DNA of 64,000 nucleotides from the human T2T-CHM13v2.0 reference genome, Homo sapiens, in assembly GCF_009914755.1 (NCBI RefSeq), contig NC_060925.1; one strand, written 5' to 3'. Below the pieces are notes generated by a model that was not told the DNA's origin, searched no databases, and was given only the letters and a program-made list of their open reading frames with translations. Of the stretch, positions 42,647-57,335 are shown piece by piece. A program made the translations under genes and the position numbers. Numbering within the stretch: the first letter of the stretch is position 1; each line of letters opens with the position of its first letter.

Positions 42647-44194
42647 CTACCATTATCCTCATTTCGAGGAGGAAAGTGAGACACAGAGAGGTTAAGTAAC
42701 TTGCCCAAGGTTACACAGCTAGTAAGTGGCAGAGTCAGGATTCAAGCCCAGGCAGACTGGCTTCGGATCCCACTTGAAGGATGGGAGGGTTTCTCTGGTT
42801 CAAGTCTGCTTTTGAGGGTGTCTCAGCCTGGGAGGTCCCTCGGTATGTGAGTCTCTCTGGAGTGTTTTTTGGCCTGGGGGAGGGGGGTCCTTCTCAGGGG
42901 CCAAACAATTCCAGAGACCTTCTCAGCCTCTTAGGTGCTTTGTGGGGTACATTGGCTTTGAGAGTCCCTCTTCAGGGCCCCTCAGTATTCAGGCTCCCTC
43001 TTGGTCTGGGGAGTTCCCCCGGGTTCCCCATCTTGGACCCCCATCTTGGGGTTGTCTCAATTCAGGAGCCAATTTTCAGAGTCTCTCGGCCTGGGGGAGG
43101 CCTTAATGTCTCCTGGATTCTGTGGGGCAAACTCCTGAGAGGTGTCTGATCTTGCTGGGACTCCAGACCCTCTCATCCAGGCACAGGCCTTTCCTTGCCT
43201 TCCTGGGCCTTCCTGGGGCTTCAGGAGCTGGGCCGTGGAGTGGGGGAGAGGCTGTCAGCCTGGATCCTCAGGACAACACTCTTGGGGTGGGGACACGAGG
43301 ACTGGTGGGATGGGAAAGGGATAAGGAGGTATAGTCCTGGCTGAGGTTTCTGAGGTCAGGGGTTAAGGGTAGGAATAGGGTTTGACCTCTCCCAGTTCCT
43401 GCTGCTCCGAAAGTCCCCCTACTCCCCCCACCCACATAAGGTCCGTGACCCCCCTCCCCCAGCTCACCCGCGTCACTCCCTGACCCGCTTTCCTCCCGGG
43501 GCCCTGCTCAGCATTTCCGTGGGGCCCTGTGGCTAGGGGCAGGCGAGACACTGATCAGGATTATGCTGAGCAAAGCAACCCCCACCCAGGAGGAGGTAGC
43601 ATCCTGGATGGCCCTCAGCCCTGGGCTGCCCAGCTCATGGAGAAGGGCAATGCTTTGCTCTCTGAGATGTCTCTACTTGGAACAGGGAGGCTCTAGACAA
43701 TTTTGGCATTGGGCGAGATGGCAGTGAGCTCTCAGGAGGAACTGGCAAGGCAGTCAAGGGACGGCTATGGAGAAATGGTGTGGCCACTCCTACCCTGGAG
43801 GGATCCTCTCGATTCAGGGACCCATGCTCACAGAAGGGCACGCATGGCCCTGATGGGCATAGCTTTGGGACTGTGTGCATTCTCTGGGGGACTAGCCTTT
43901 GCCACAAACTAGGAGAGGAGAGCTGATGTGCTGAGTGGTCCCTAGAGAGGATTCTTATTCACTAGCGTCCACTGGGAAGTCCTCTCTGAGCTCTAGTGCC
44001 CTTCTTACCTGCTGTAGTCTGGCTTTCAGGGCCCCAGGACACAGAGTGCCCCTGTCCATTCTGTTTCCTACAGAGATAAAGCTCTCCTGCTCTCTAGTCC
44101 TGCACAGGCTGGCTCCAGGCTTGTTCACACCTCAGGATGTGTTAACCACAGAGATGAACACCAAACCTGGCTCAGGACCACAGAGCTTGGTGCA

Positions 44195-44725
<531 letters not shown>

Positions 44726-44921
44726 TCAGGCTTCTTCCTCATCTCCTCCCACTGCCCTGATCTGTGGTTTCCTCGCACCTCCCCTTGCTTTCCTGTTGCC
44801 TGCCATCTCTTCCTGACTCCTCCACCTCTGTCCAACCTCAGTCCCCCCACAGATCACTTGCTGAATTATTCTCCATCTCATTATGCCCCAGCCATTTTCT
44901 TGCCCCGGACCCCCTACTCAC

Positions 44922-44951
44922 AGGTGTGGGTCTTCTTTGCAGCCAGCAGCT
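44922..44951 (-). CDS. RORC: RORC exon 2 (RORgamma1-specific, ELLAAKKTHT)
   Basis: tttacag|AG...T|gtgagt; 30 nt. Confidence 0.95.
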
Positions 44952-46110
44952 CTGTAAAGACAAGAGAGGGGGTTGACGTCAAAGGTTGAAGATCATGAGG
45001 GGCTGAGACACTTTCCCCACTCCTAGGATCCCACTGCCGCACTCCTTCCCTCAGAGCCTGGCGTCTGAAGGGCAGGCAGGCCACCCCCTGCAGTGCCCCT
45101 CTCTCCTCCTCTGCCCTTGGGCCACACTGGCCCTCTTCCAGGTACCCAGAAGTGTCAGGCTCCTCACTGCCTCTGGGACTCCCCCAAGCTGCTCCTTTGC
45201 CTAGAATGCCTGTCCCTCCTGTACCCCTTAATCTAGCCAACTTCTCTTTCTCCCTCAGGTCTCTGATTATGTTTCTTCCTTGGAGAAGCCACACACACCC
45301 CCTTCCCCTGCCCTTGTGCTGACACATTTAGCTCCTTGCATTTTATTTCCTGGCACTCACCATGTCACCAACTGTCACCTAACTGCTGTAATTGTGTCAT
45401 TGTCTATGAAATGGGTCTTTCCTGCCAAATTGTAAAGCCCTGTGAAGGCAGGGACTGTGTTGGTCTTATTTACTTTGTAATTTCATTGGAGGTGCACAAG
45501 AAATATCCTACAGCCAGAGTTAAATCTCTGTGGGACTGAAATCTCTTGGTTGCTTATCTATGCCTGAAAACACCAGGGCTTCAGAGATGTGGGGGTTGGG
45601 AGTAGGGGGAGAGGATGTTTGGAGGAAGAGGAGGGGAGAGTTGCAAATACAGACCCCTCTCTGGCTTCCACGGGCCAGGCTTCCCTGGCCTACCAGCCTG
45701 AAGAGGAAGGCCTCCCTTCTCTGCTGCTGCTGCGTGGCCGGGTCTGGGTGGAGATTGGGCAGTAGGGAGCATGAGTGGGTCGATGGGGGTCACATGGATA
45801 CTCGGACCTCCAGGGGGAGCAGCCGTTGAGGGGAGGGCCTTAGCTGGAGCATGGTTGGTGGGTGGGGGGGTGTCACCCATTCATGCAGTTAACATCTATG
45901 AAACACCTAGCCAGGGAGCCCCTGGAAAGAGGATTCCCCTGCCAGACCTTGGCCCATTTCCTACATCCACATAGCAGCTCATCACAGAACACATGGCCAG
46001 TCTTTTGTCTCAGAAAGCCCTTCAACCATGCCCTATACCCCCTATAGCTTCCCTAACCTCTGACTCTATTCTGTTATTTTTTTCCTTCTGCTGTTCAGTC
46101 TTGACACCTG

Positions 46111-46114
<4 letters not shown>

Positions 46115-46163
<49 letters not shown>
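46115..46163. repeat. (AC)~24 microsatellite
   Basis: Read directly. Confidence 0.95.
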
Positions 46164-46167
<4 letters not shown>

Positions 46168-47229
46168 GTGCCCTTCTGCCCGGGAGATGCTCCCCACTGG
46201 CAGGCCGTGGTCACTAGGCTGTGTGGAGGCGAGTGGCCTGATGGCCTGGGCTCTGCTGGGGTGAGGGAGGAGAAAAGACTGCCCCGAGGTGGCAAGGCCC
46301 CACCCAGCCCCGCCCACCTCCCCTTGCTCCTGCCTGGCCCCACCCAGCTTCCTCCCTGACGTGGCACCGGCTCCTGGCCTCTAGCCTTGCACCTCAGAGC
46401 AGTCCTGTGGTGGGGGTGCTCCCCTTGCTCACCCAGGCAGCCAGTTCTTCCTCCACCAGGTGGCCCTGGAGCTTGGTTGCTCTGGCCCTCAAACTTTCCT
46501 CCTCCATGCTCACAGCTGACCAAGCCTGTGGCCCTGCGATCCTGCTCTGAGGGGGTTCCTGACTTGGACCATGGGTGGGGCCAAGGACGGCCTGACATTC
46601 TGTCCTTCCCTGCTGATGGCCCAGTGCCCCACATTCTCTGCAGAGATGAAATCCCACATCCCTGGGTGAGTGGCGAGGAAAGGACCAGGCTACGTGGTCA
46701 TGGGCAGCTGACAGGGTGTGGTTCCCCCTGCCACACTCCCCAAGTCTGTCACTCCTTAAAGGACAGGTTTCTCCACTGGTGAATGAACAGAACGTGGAGC
46801 AGCCAGCCTCCCGGCCACTGCTGTCTGGGATCCTGGCCAGATCAAGGAAGCAGTGTCCCTGTGCCTCCTGGGGGGTAAGCCCACACCTGGGAGGGCCTGT
46901 CCACATTCTGACCCCTCGCTGGGTCTAGATCTGGCTCCCCTGACTTGGCTCTTCCCTCCCCATCTACCCTCCAACCTGTTTCTTCCTTCTCCCGCTTCTC
47001 CCTTTCTTTCCTGTTTCTCTCCTTTTGCGATTTCTTCTCCTCTGTCATCTCCCCAGCCCCTCCTCCTGTTTCTCCTCCAGTTTCACTCCCTGCCAACCCA
47101 GGGCTTTCTCCTCTGCACTCTTGTCCCTCCCTCCCCTCCTCACTTCTTGCCCAGTCTCTTGCCATTTCTGCCCTCCTCTGAACCTCCAGCAGTCTCTTCC
47201 ACCTGCAGGCAGGGCCATGGGCCTCTTAC

Positions 47230-47269
47230 CCCGTGAGGCTCGGTGCTGTCTCTGTGGGGCCCTGTCCAT
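47230..47269 (-). CDS. RORC: RORC exon 1 coding part (RORgamma1, MDRAPQRQHRASR)
   Basis: ATG at 47269; donor G|gtaaga; 40 nt, phase 1. Confidence 0.96.
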
Positions 47270-47520
47270 GGGGCAGCTCCCTTGGTGCCGTCCTGGCTGC
47301 CCTGGCTGCCCAGGAGGGCAGGGAGCAGGGCCCAGGGGAGGGAGGAGGGCGGAGGGTGGAAGGCGGGAGCACCTGGCCCTCCAGCAGGCAGGGAAAAGGA
47401 GTGGCTGGCAGAGTGTCCTGGCACCAGGAGGGGACATGAGGAGAGACCAGTGGACCAGTGCATGGAGCCTTGAGGAGAAACAGGACAGGAGAAAGGAAGG
47501 GAACTAGCATTTATTAATCA
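47270..47520 (-). promoter_or_regulatory. RORC: RORgamma1 5'UTR and proximal promoter
   Basis: GC-rich segment with Sp/KLF-type G-tracts (gagggcggagg near 47345) directly upstream of the ATG. Confidence 0.65.
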
Positions 47521-50165
47521 CTTACTGTGTGCTGGGCCCTTTGCAGGACACTTTATGTAAATCCATGCTTTTACTTTGTGTAAATATTCACAGCACCCAC
47601 CACAGGGAAACATTATTATTCCAGATTGATCAGTGAGTGGAGGGATTCTCAGAGATATTAATGATTTTGCCCAAGGACTCACACAAGAACAATAAATGGG
47701 TGAGCTATGATTTGGACCCAAGTCTTTGTGACTTTAGAATCCTGTGATTTCTACCTAAGACAGGTGACAGGCATAGGGGAGATGGAGAGGGCAGGTTTGG
47801 GGGACTGTGTCTCTTCTCTAGGATGCAGTCAGACTCCTCCCAGTGACTGTTCAGTTCCCTGAGGCCTCTGCCTGCTCGGCCCCTGCCCCTAACCCTTGCT
47901 GCTCTTGCCAGGACTCCCTGACCCCCTGATGCTTCTACGTGCTCCTCATCTGTTGGGGCAAGGGGCAGGCCTGGAGGAGTGCCTGGAGGCAGAGAAGCCA
48001 TGGTGGGGAAGAGGAGAGGAGAGATGCTGCACTGGACTCATTGGGAGAAGGAGAGGCTCCCAGACCTAGTGGCCCACACTGAGGCCTGCAGTGAAGGCTC
48101 TGAAGGGGGCCAAGAGGACGAGGCTTCTGGGGATCCTGGTGCTGCTTTTCTCCTGCATGGCCTGGGCCCAGAGTTTGATTAGCTGGGCCTGACTCTCCTG
48201 GTTACCCAACAAGCAACTGGCCAGGGGCCAGGCTGCAGCAAGAGGCTCCCTGGCACCTCCTCCTGCTCTCGTTCCCAGCTGGTAAACAGCAGAGCAGGAG
48301 TCAGCCATGCCACAGCCTCGTGACTCGCCCACTCCCCCCCACCTGGTGCACGTGGCACCTGGCATGGAGAGGGCAAGCAGCTGTCCCTTCCCTCTTCTGC
48401 CGTCTCGTCTCGCCATCCTCCACTCCTGCCCAACCCTGGAGCTTCACACTCTGCTACCATCAGCACCTCTGTTCTTAGGTAGCTCCCAGAGTCTCCCCAT
48501 GGCTGCAGATTGAGAGATAAAGGTAGAAGTGGAGAAGGACTTTTCAACTCCTAGGGTCATTGACAGTGGATGAGTAGTGAGAAAGAGGAGGGGAAGTTTT
48601 GGGGACCTTCTGCACTGAGTCTAAGGGTATGTGCCTATGCCTCTGAGGCTCTGATTATCCCCCGTGTTCTTTTGGTAAATGTGGGCCCACGCATCCATGT
48701 ATGCATCTCTGCACAGAACAGGATGTTGGTCTGTTTGGGGGCTCTGCACCTTGGGCAGGTTTGGAGTGAGAGGTAAAGTGCTTTGCAGCTCCCTTCCCCC
48801 CCGCCCCCCCAGCACCCTCCAGCTGACAGGAGGAGCCAGCAACATGCCGGGCGTGGGAGTGCAGGGGAGATGCCGTTCTGCTCCCCTCCTCCCCAGAACT
48901 CCTCAGTTATCCCCCATCTCTCTGTCTCTCTTTGCTGGCTCCTGCCTGTCTGTGGCTCTTCTCCAGCTGTCCCCTCTCTATCTTTTCTCCTTTTTAGGCC
49001 TCTCTTCCTCTTGACTCTGGGTCTCCCAGGGGCCCTTCGTGACTACCTCTTCTACAACCCACCAATTGCAGGCACAGAGTGGAGGTCACGTAGAATGCTT
49101 GCGGATGGACACAGAGCATCCCCAGACACTGCAGGCACAGCTGACTCCCCAGTTGTGCCACTTTGTGCTACTATGTAGGGTGGGGAGGAAGTGACTGGAG
49201 ATTTAGAAGACAGTATCCTGACCTCTAGGCCTAGGAGTGTCACATGCTTCCTAGGCATTCTCTACCTCTCCCCTGCCCTAAGCATGGATAGTTTGAGTTT
49301 TTTTTCTCCCCAGGGCAAGAAGATCCCTTGGTTATCCTTTTGGGAAGTTCCCCCTCTTGTCTAAACTTTCTCCCTCTTGCTGCAATCACAGCCCCTTATC
49401 TGGAAGAATCGTCCTTTCAAAGCAGGGCGGTGGTTATTTCCTCTTCAAATACAATCTTATATAAGGAAGGGGCTGATAGGGATCAGAGAATCATTTCATC
49501 CCCACGTGCCCAGTCCCCTTATTGGGGAAATCTCCATGCTGGGGGCAAACACTCTGGAAGGGATGGGAGGTGGTGGTGGTGGCTTGGAACTGGGGAGCAG
49601 TCCCCAGCATCTCTTTCCTTCCTTCCCCAACCCTAAACCACAGAAACCACTTAAAGCTCAGCACAAATCTGCCCTTTCAGGGAGGGCCTGGGGGTCAAGG
49701 TGGAAAATATGTGGAGCCTGGGTAGTCTGCGGTGGCACACACTTCCCCAGCCCCATCCTTGGAGGGCCCTCTCCTTGGGATGCCTGATCCAGTGATTAGG
49801 GACCACTTTTCTTTGGGTTCTAGGGGGTTCCATGCCTGGGGACGCCTCAACCCACTGGAGTGACTCAGGGATGGGTTGTGCCTCAACCGTTGAAAAAGGA
49901 CAGCCCAGGCTCTGTAACCTTCGGTAGCCTCCAGATCTCACAGTCCCCACCCCTCCCCCTTCTTGTCACAAAGGCCACTGTGGGTGGAGGAACAGTGGGA
50001 GTTTGACCCTAGCTCCTGGCCTTGAACTTTCCACAGTGACCCTGCTTGTACCTCTCCTCTACCAATTAACATTTATAGTCACACAGGCTTGGAGGTGGCA
50101 AGAAGGGTTTAAATGCTGGGGCAGAATCACTTATAAGAATGTGGTCTGCCATTTACTAGCTGTAG

Positions 50166-50562
<397 letters not shown>

Positions 50563-50937
50563 TCTGACTAGTGTTTATAGAAGTGCTTTGGGGCCAGAGC
50601 AATCTGCACACTGGAGGGTTTCTTAGGACCTCCTCACTCCCATGTTTCTGTACTTTAGCTACCCAGGATGTTCCTCCAGCAATGCTAGGGCCCCCATCAC
50701 AGAGCCTCAGGGCTGTGAATGCTGAGTGAACTGCTCCTGGGAGGAGTGGCCTTGGATTTCCTCACAGCTTCCCCTAAGCAGTTGGGGTGGCAGTGGGGGT
50801 GTCTGGGTGGAGTCAGGTCAGAACCTTTCCCTCCAGCCAGGGCTGTTCCCCAGGCAAGCTTACTTAACCTATCTATCTGATCCATTTCTTTCTTTGTAAA
50901 GTGGGAATAATAATACCTACTCTCCTGAGTGGTTGTG

Positions 50938-51259
<322 letters not shown>

Positions 51260-52225
51260 CTAATATCTACTCTACTGAGTGGTTGTGATGATCAACTGAG
51301 ATAACACAGATAAAGTTCAGGACCTGGTCCAAAGTACTATGGTTAAAAAAAAAAAGTTTCCTCTCCTCCCTCCCTCTTTCTGTCCCTATAATCTTCCCTT
51401 CTCTTTATCTGACCCCTCTTTTCTATTCCCTTTCTTGCTTTATTTTTCTCTGTAACATATCACCAAGTAGCATTCTTTACATTTTAATGGCTTATTTTAT
51501 CACTTTTCTGATCCCCATGTCTGTTTAATCACTGCTGTATCCAATGCCTGCCACCTGATGGACCTTCCCGAAGTATTTGTTGAAGGAATGCATGAATGAA
51601 GGTTCTACGGCCTCTAACTTTCTTTCCAGATACTTTCAAATGGGCATCAAATCCAGTTTCTCACCAAGGGTTGTTATGGGAGAATTTGGGGGCTGAAATA
51701 GAAATCCAGTACTAGGGGTAGACCTAAATCTATAGGTAGACTTCCCAGAATTCAAACATGGGATTTTAAACTGGCAGGGTACGAAACCTTTGCAGAGCTA
51801 CCATCTTAGGGAAGGAGGCCCCTTTTAGAGTGACTTGATTGGGAGGCAGCAGCTGGCAGTGGGGGGTATTATCTTGAAGTGATTAAGAGTCCAGACTCTG
51901 GAGCCAGACTCCCTGAATTCTTCCCTTTACTAGCTATGTGAGTCCTAGTTCTTCCCTTTACTAGCTATGCGAGGCCCAAGATCCCATTGGATAATAATAG
52001 TATTTACACCCTAATAGAAGGTGCTGGGAGGAATAAATGGCTTGACTAATTGTTGGAACAGTTCCTCATGTGGTTATAATCCATGTGTAGTAGTTGGCAC
52101 TTAGGATTGTTTGGTCAATGCCACCACCTGGTGGACACCTGGAGCAAGAGTTCTCTGGCCTAGGGCTGGGTGGTGCGGACCCAATCAGGGAAGGGAGAAG
52201 GAACTGGAGAGCTGTCTGAATGAAG

Positions 52226-52227
<2 letters not shown>

Positions 52228-52258
<31 letters not shown>

Positions 52259-52271
52259 TCTGTGTGTGTGT

Positions 52272-52312
<41 letters not shown>
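52228..52312. repeat. Compound (TG)n with TC interruptions
   Basis: Read directly. Confidence 0.95.
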
Positions 52313-52314
<2 letters not shown>

Positions 52315-53074
52315 GGAATTTAACGTGTCCAGGTGCTGAGGCTTTTGAGGTTTTGTCAGATCCTGCAAGCTTAGCCCTGGTGCAGGCCACAGCTGGCACC
52401 ATGAAAAATGAGAAAGGGCCCAAGGGAGAGGGAGAAAGAAGTTGGGTTAGCCTAGTGCCTACCTCACTTCCTCCCTCCCTCCTCCAAGCCTGGCCTGAGT
52501 CCAGAGGAACCGGCTCCTGGGAAGGTGGAGGGAGAGAGAAGAAGGTCACTGGTGACGTCAGGGACATTCAGGTAGAGGTAAACACAATGTGACCTACAAT
52601 TATCCACCTCCCCCCACCCCCACCTCCTTCTGGCTGGAGGAGGCTCTTCTGGCATTCCTGAGAACAGTTCTCACACTTTGGTAGTACCCCACCTCCCCCC
52701 TTTCAATCCCTGGGACATTATATCTCATTCATTTGGTACCCAAGCACCTCTCTGGTTCTTGGCTCCAGACTTGCCCCACCCCTCAAGGGACGCACAGGTG
52801 TGGAAGAGGCAAGAGGGAAGAAGGAAGACTAAAGGGCACTCTGTGTTCATCTGACATCCCCTGACTCACTCTCAAGACCCAGAAATTTCATCTGTCTTCA
52901 GGACAGATGTGGGTTTTAGAGGGGCACAGGAAGGGAGTGTTAATTTCCTCTGTGCAGCCTCAAGTGGAAGGTGGCTTGTGTTGGTTTCTGTCAGAGTGAC
53001 TCAGTGATTGCAGGGCTCCCTGATTGTTCGGGGGCCTTGTTGGCCGGGGACCTTAGGACCTACTTGGCCCAGAT

Positions 53075-53190
53075 CTACTGAAGGAGCATCTCATGGGGAT
53101 GGAGCCCAGGACCCTGCATATTTAAAAAGCTCTTCCAGGATTTCTGATGTCTGGTTATTCTGATGCTCCTTCAAGCTTGAGAACCACTGC
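53075..53190. mobile_element. MER5-like fragment
   Basis: ...aagcttgagaaccactgc terminus. Confidence 0.6.
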
Positions 53191-53332
53191 TTAAGGTCTG
53201 CTCTACTCAGACCGTCTGAATGAGCATCTTCCCCCCGCGTATGGCCGGGATAGAGGGAAGATCGGTAGGCTCTATGCCCGAGCGTGTAAGGTGCCAGTAA
53301 GGGGAAATATCTGGCTAAGGACAAGCGGACAT

Positions 53333-53338
53333 TTTATT
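53333..53338 (-). terminator. C2CD4D: C2CD4D poly(A) signal AATAAA
   Basis: tttatt on plus strand, ~90 nt after the stop. Confidence 0.8.
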
Positions 53339-53425
53339 AGCAAAAATAAATACAAGCCGGGCAGGGTGGAAAGAATGTGGACTGCAGACACAGTGGAGAC
53401 GTCCTGAGGAAGCCAGGGGCTCAGG

Positions 53426-54603
<1,178 letters not shown>

Positions 54604-55562
54604 GTGAGTGATGCTGGCGTACACCGGGCGGTCAGCCACCGCGCCCCGGTCTCCGGACCCACTGGGAGCGCGGACCCCTATTTGAGCAGAAAAAGAAAGG
54701 GCGGCGCAGTCTGGGGGGCTGGGGAGAAATGGAGGGAGCAAAGGGCCAGTCAGTCACATTTTCATATACGGGCCTCCGTCACCAAGTACACAGATTCTCC
54801 CACTGGTACTAAAGATGCCCCATTCACCTTAGAGTTAGAGGGCCCATATAGTATCCACCAGAACCCTAGGGTACTATTAGGACAAATAGGATAATAACCG
54901 CATTATAGCAAAAGGACTCAGATCCCAAACCCCCTGGGACACTGCGCCCTAGGCGGGCTCACGCCCTCCTCCCCCGCCCATTTCGAAGACTTGGGTTTTC
55001 CTCTGGGATCCAGTCTGGCGCCCCTTGGGACTTCCTCCCTTTGCCAGGCTGCCTCGGCTCAAGCTTCTCTGGCCTGAGCCATCCCTCAGTCCTAGCCCCA
55101 CCTGCCTCCTCTGGCTCCTCCTTCCCCTCCTCGAGTCGCTCCAAGCCAGAAGAGGACTCACTTCTGCTCCTGGCAGCCAGGGGACACACCTGGCTGCTGA
55201 CCTCAGGACACCCTGGGCTGGTCCAAGGAGACGCACCTCCCGGGGACACAGAATCCCACCCCCAGTAGCCCTGACCGTCCAGCTCCCGCGCCTCCCAGCC
55301 CTACCGCATCCCGCGTCTGCAGGGCGGGGCCGGGCCGTTGGGTCGCCCCTCCTACTCTCCACTCCTTTTCTCCCTCGGAAACCACCGAGCACAAAGGCAG
55401 CATTGATTCTCCGCCACCCTCAGAGCGGTCTCCGGAAGGCTCCGCCACCACGCGCTCGCCTCACCCCTGCGCGGAGCCACCAAGAGCACCGTGTTCCGAC
55501 CCTCTGCCCTGGGATCCGAGCTAGCGACCCTCTCCGTCGCGCGCCCGGAGTGCTGGCCTCAC

Positions 55563-56010
55563 CTGTGGGTCGCTTTTGGGTTCTGGCCTCAGGCCCTGAC
55601 ACTTTCAGAGCCAGAGGGGAGCAGCTTTCTCTGCAGCTTGCTCCCCCAGCGCAGTCCTTATGGGAGGAGCTGGCAGGGGCCTCCGCTGCCTACGTCCTAC
55701 CTCTTTTCCTGGATAAACACAGCTCTGTCTGCGCGGCCATCAGCCCGGTCTTCTGACTTCCTCCAGCTGAAGCCAGGTTTCTAGCAACAATCCATTCCTG
55801 TGCCCAGGCCTCCTCTGCTGAAGCTGGGCTGCTTAGGGGTGGGGGAGGGCTACAGAGAAGAGGGAGACGGCCATCAGTGGACAGTGGCCACTTCTTTGGT
55901 GCTCGGTTCCAACCCCAGCCCTCACAGGTGAAGTCCATCTTCTGTAAAACCCTCCTGGTTGAAATCCTGCCTTGGCCCCCAGTGCCCTGTTCTGGAGCCA
56001 TTCCAATAGC
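55563..56010 (-). other. C2CD4D: Candidate C2CD4D upstream non-coding exon, spliced to an acceptor at 54575
   Basis: Donor CAG|gtgagg at 55563; acceptor ctctgactcctctgcgctcctcgcccag|C at 54575; 5' end uncertain. Confidence 0.45.
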
Positions 56011-57236
56011 TCCAAGGCAGAGTGACTTGCAGTGATCAGTTGTCTGCATTATTCTGGCTAATAGTTCTCTGAATTATTGTGGCTAAAGGAAAAGTGGCCA
56101 GACTCAGGATTTCTGGACTTAGAAACACTGAAGATAAAGCTGGATCCAACAGTCAGGATCAAGCTGGCCTATGTCCTCCATCCCTGACAGATCTTAGGAA
56201 GCACAGGCCACCACAGACAAGATGAGACCATCAGTTGCAGTCTAGACACACCTACCATCCTTCAGTCTCTGAAAGGAAGCAAGGCTAGTTCCTCCCCTAG
56301 GACCACTCTTCTCCTTCATGCTTCAGCTCTGGAGGCCCTCACTGACACCCTCCCATCTAAATTAGGGGCACCTGCTGTACACTTTCATAGTACCTCATAC
56401 TTTTCCTTTATAGCATTGATTACAGTTTTTCCCCCTCTATTTATGTGGTTATTTGTTTAATGTCCACCTCTCTTACTAGACTAAGAATCTTAAAAACAGT
56501 GCTTGGTGCAAAGCAGGTACTCAGTCAGGATGTATTTGATGAGTGAAGTAGTAAGCAAAATTATACTTGAATCAATTTGTTCATCCATTCATTGAAGTGC
56601 CTAAAATGCACCAGGCACTGTGCTAGGGGGATACATAGAATAGAGAGCTGTCTAAGGGGAGAGACAGACAATAAACATGCAAACAACAATAAGACAAATC
56701 CTGAAATGCAGGAAAAAAGATGAAACAAACCAGTGAATGCAATGATTATTGTGTCATCTAATACTTGAAGATTTTAACAAAGCAAGTGTTTCTTCTGTGG
56801 CGATCCCTGGTGGCCTCCAGACCTTCCATTCATGTGGCTTCTGACTCAGCTCAGCCCTGGTGTTGTTTCTGGGGAGGGTCCATGTTCTTGGAGTGCTGCA
56901 GTATTCATTGCTTTGTCATCAGTCAGATGGGCTGGGAATCTGGATTCTGCGACTGACTAGCTGTGTGACCTCTAGCATGTAACTTAATCTCTTTGGGGCT
57001 TACCTTTTCCATCTGGAAAACAGAAAGAATAAAACTCTCAGAGTTGGTATGAGGATTAAAGATAACACGTGGGCATCATTTAGGCTGACATCCGCTAAAA
57101 GTGTGAGAAAACAGAAAACCCAACTCAGTCTGACTTAACAATATGGACACTTGACTTCCATAATAAGAAGTCCAGAAGTAGGTAGGACCCAGGGAACACA
57201 ACTGTTTTATTTTTCTTCCTCTTCTTTTTTCTCTTT

Positions 57237-57335
57237 AGGCTAGTCAAGTGAAGCAGTGGGAGTGGAGATGGAACAAAGAAATCTGCAATTGGTTGTGATC
57301 AATTAGTTGTAAACACTACTGCACTTGGACCAACC
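57237..57335 (-). pseudogene. Y3 RNA (RNY3-derived) processed pseudogene
   Basis: Reverse complement reads GGTTGGTCCAAGTGCAGTAGTGTTTACAACTAATTGATCACAACC...CTTGACTAGCCT, about 6 differences from hY3 as I recall it; A-rich tail; 11-bp TSD with 1 mismatch (57214-57224 / 57336-57346). Confidence 0.93.
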
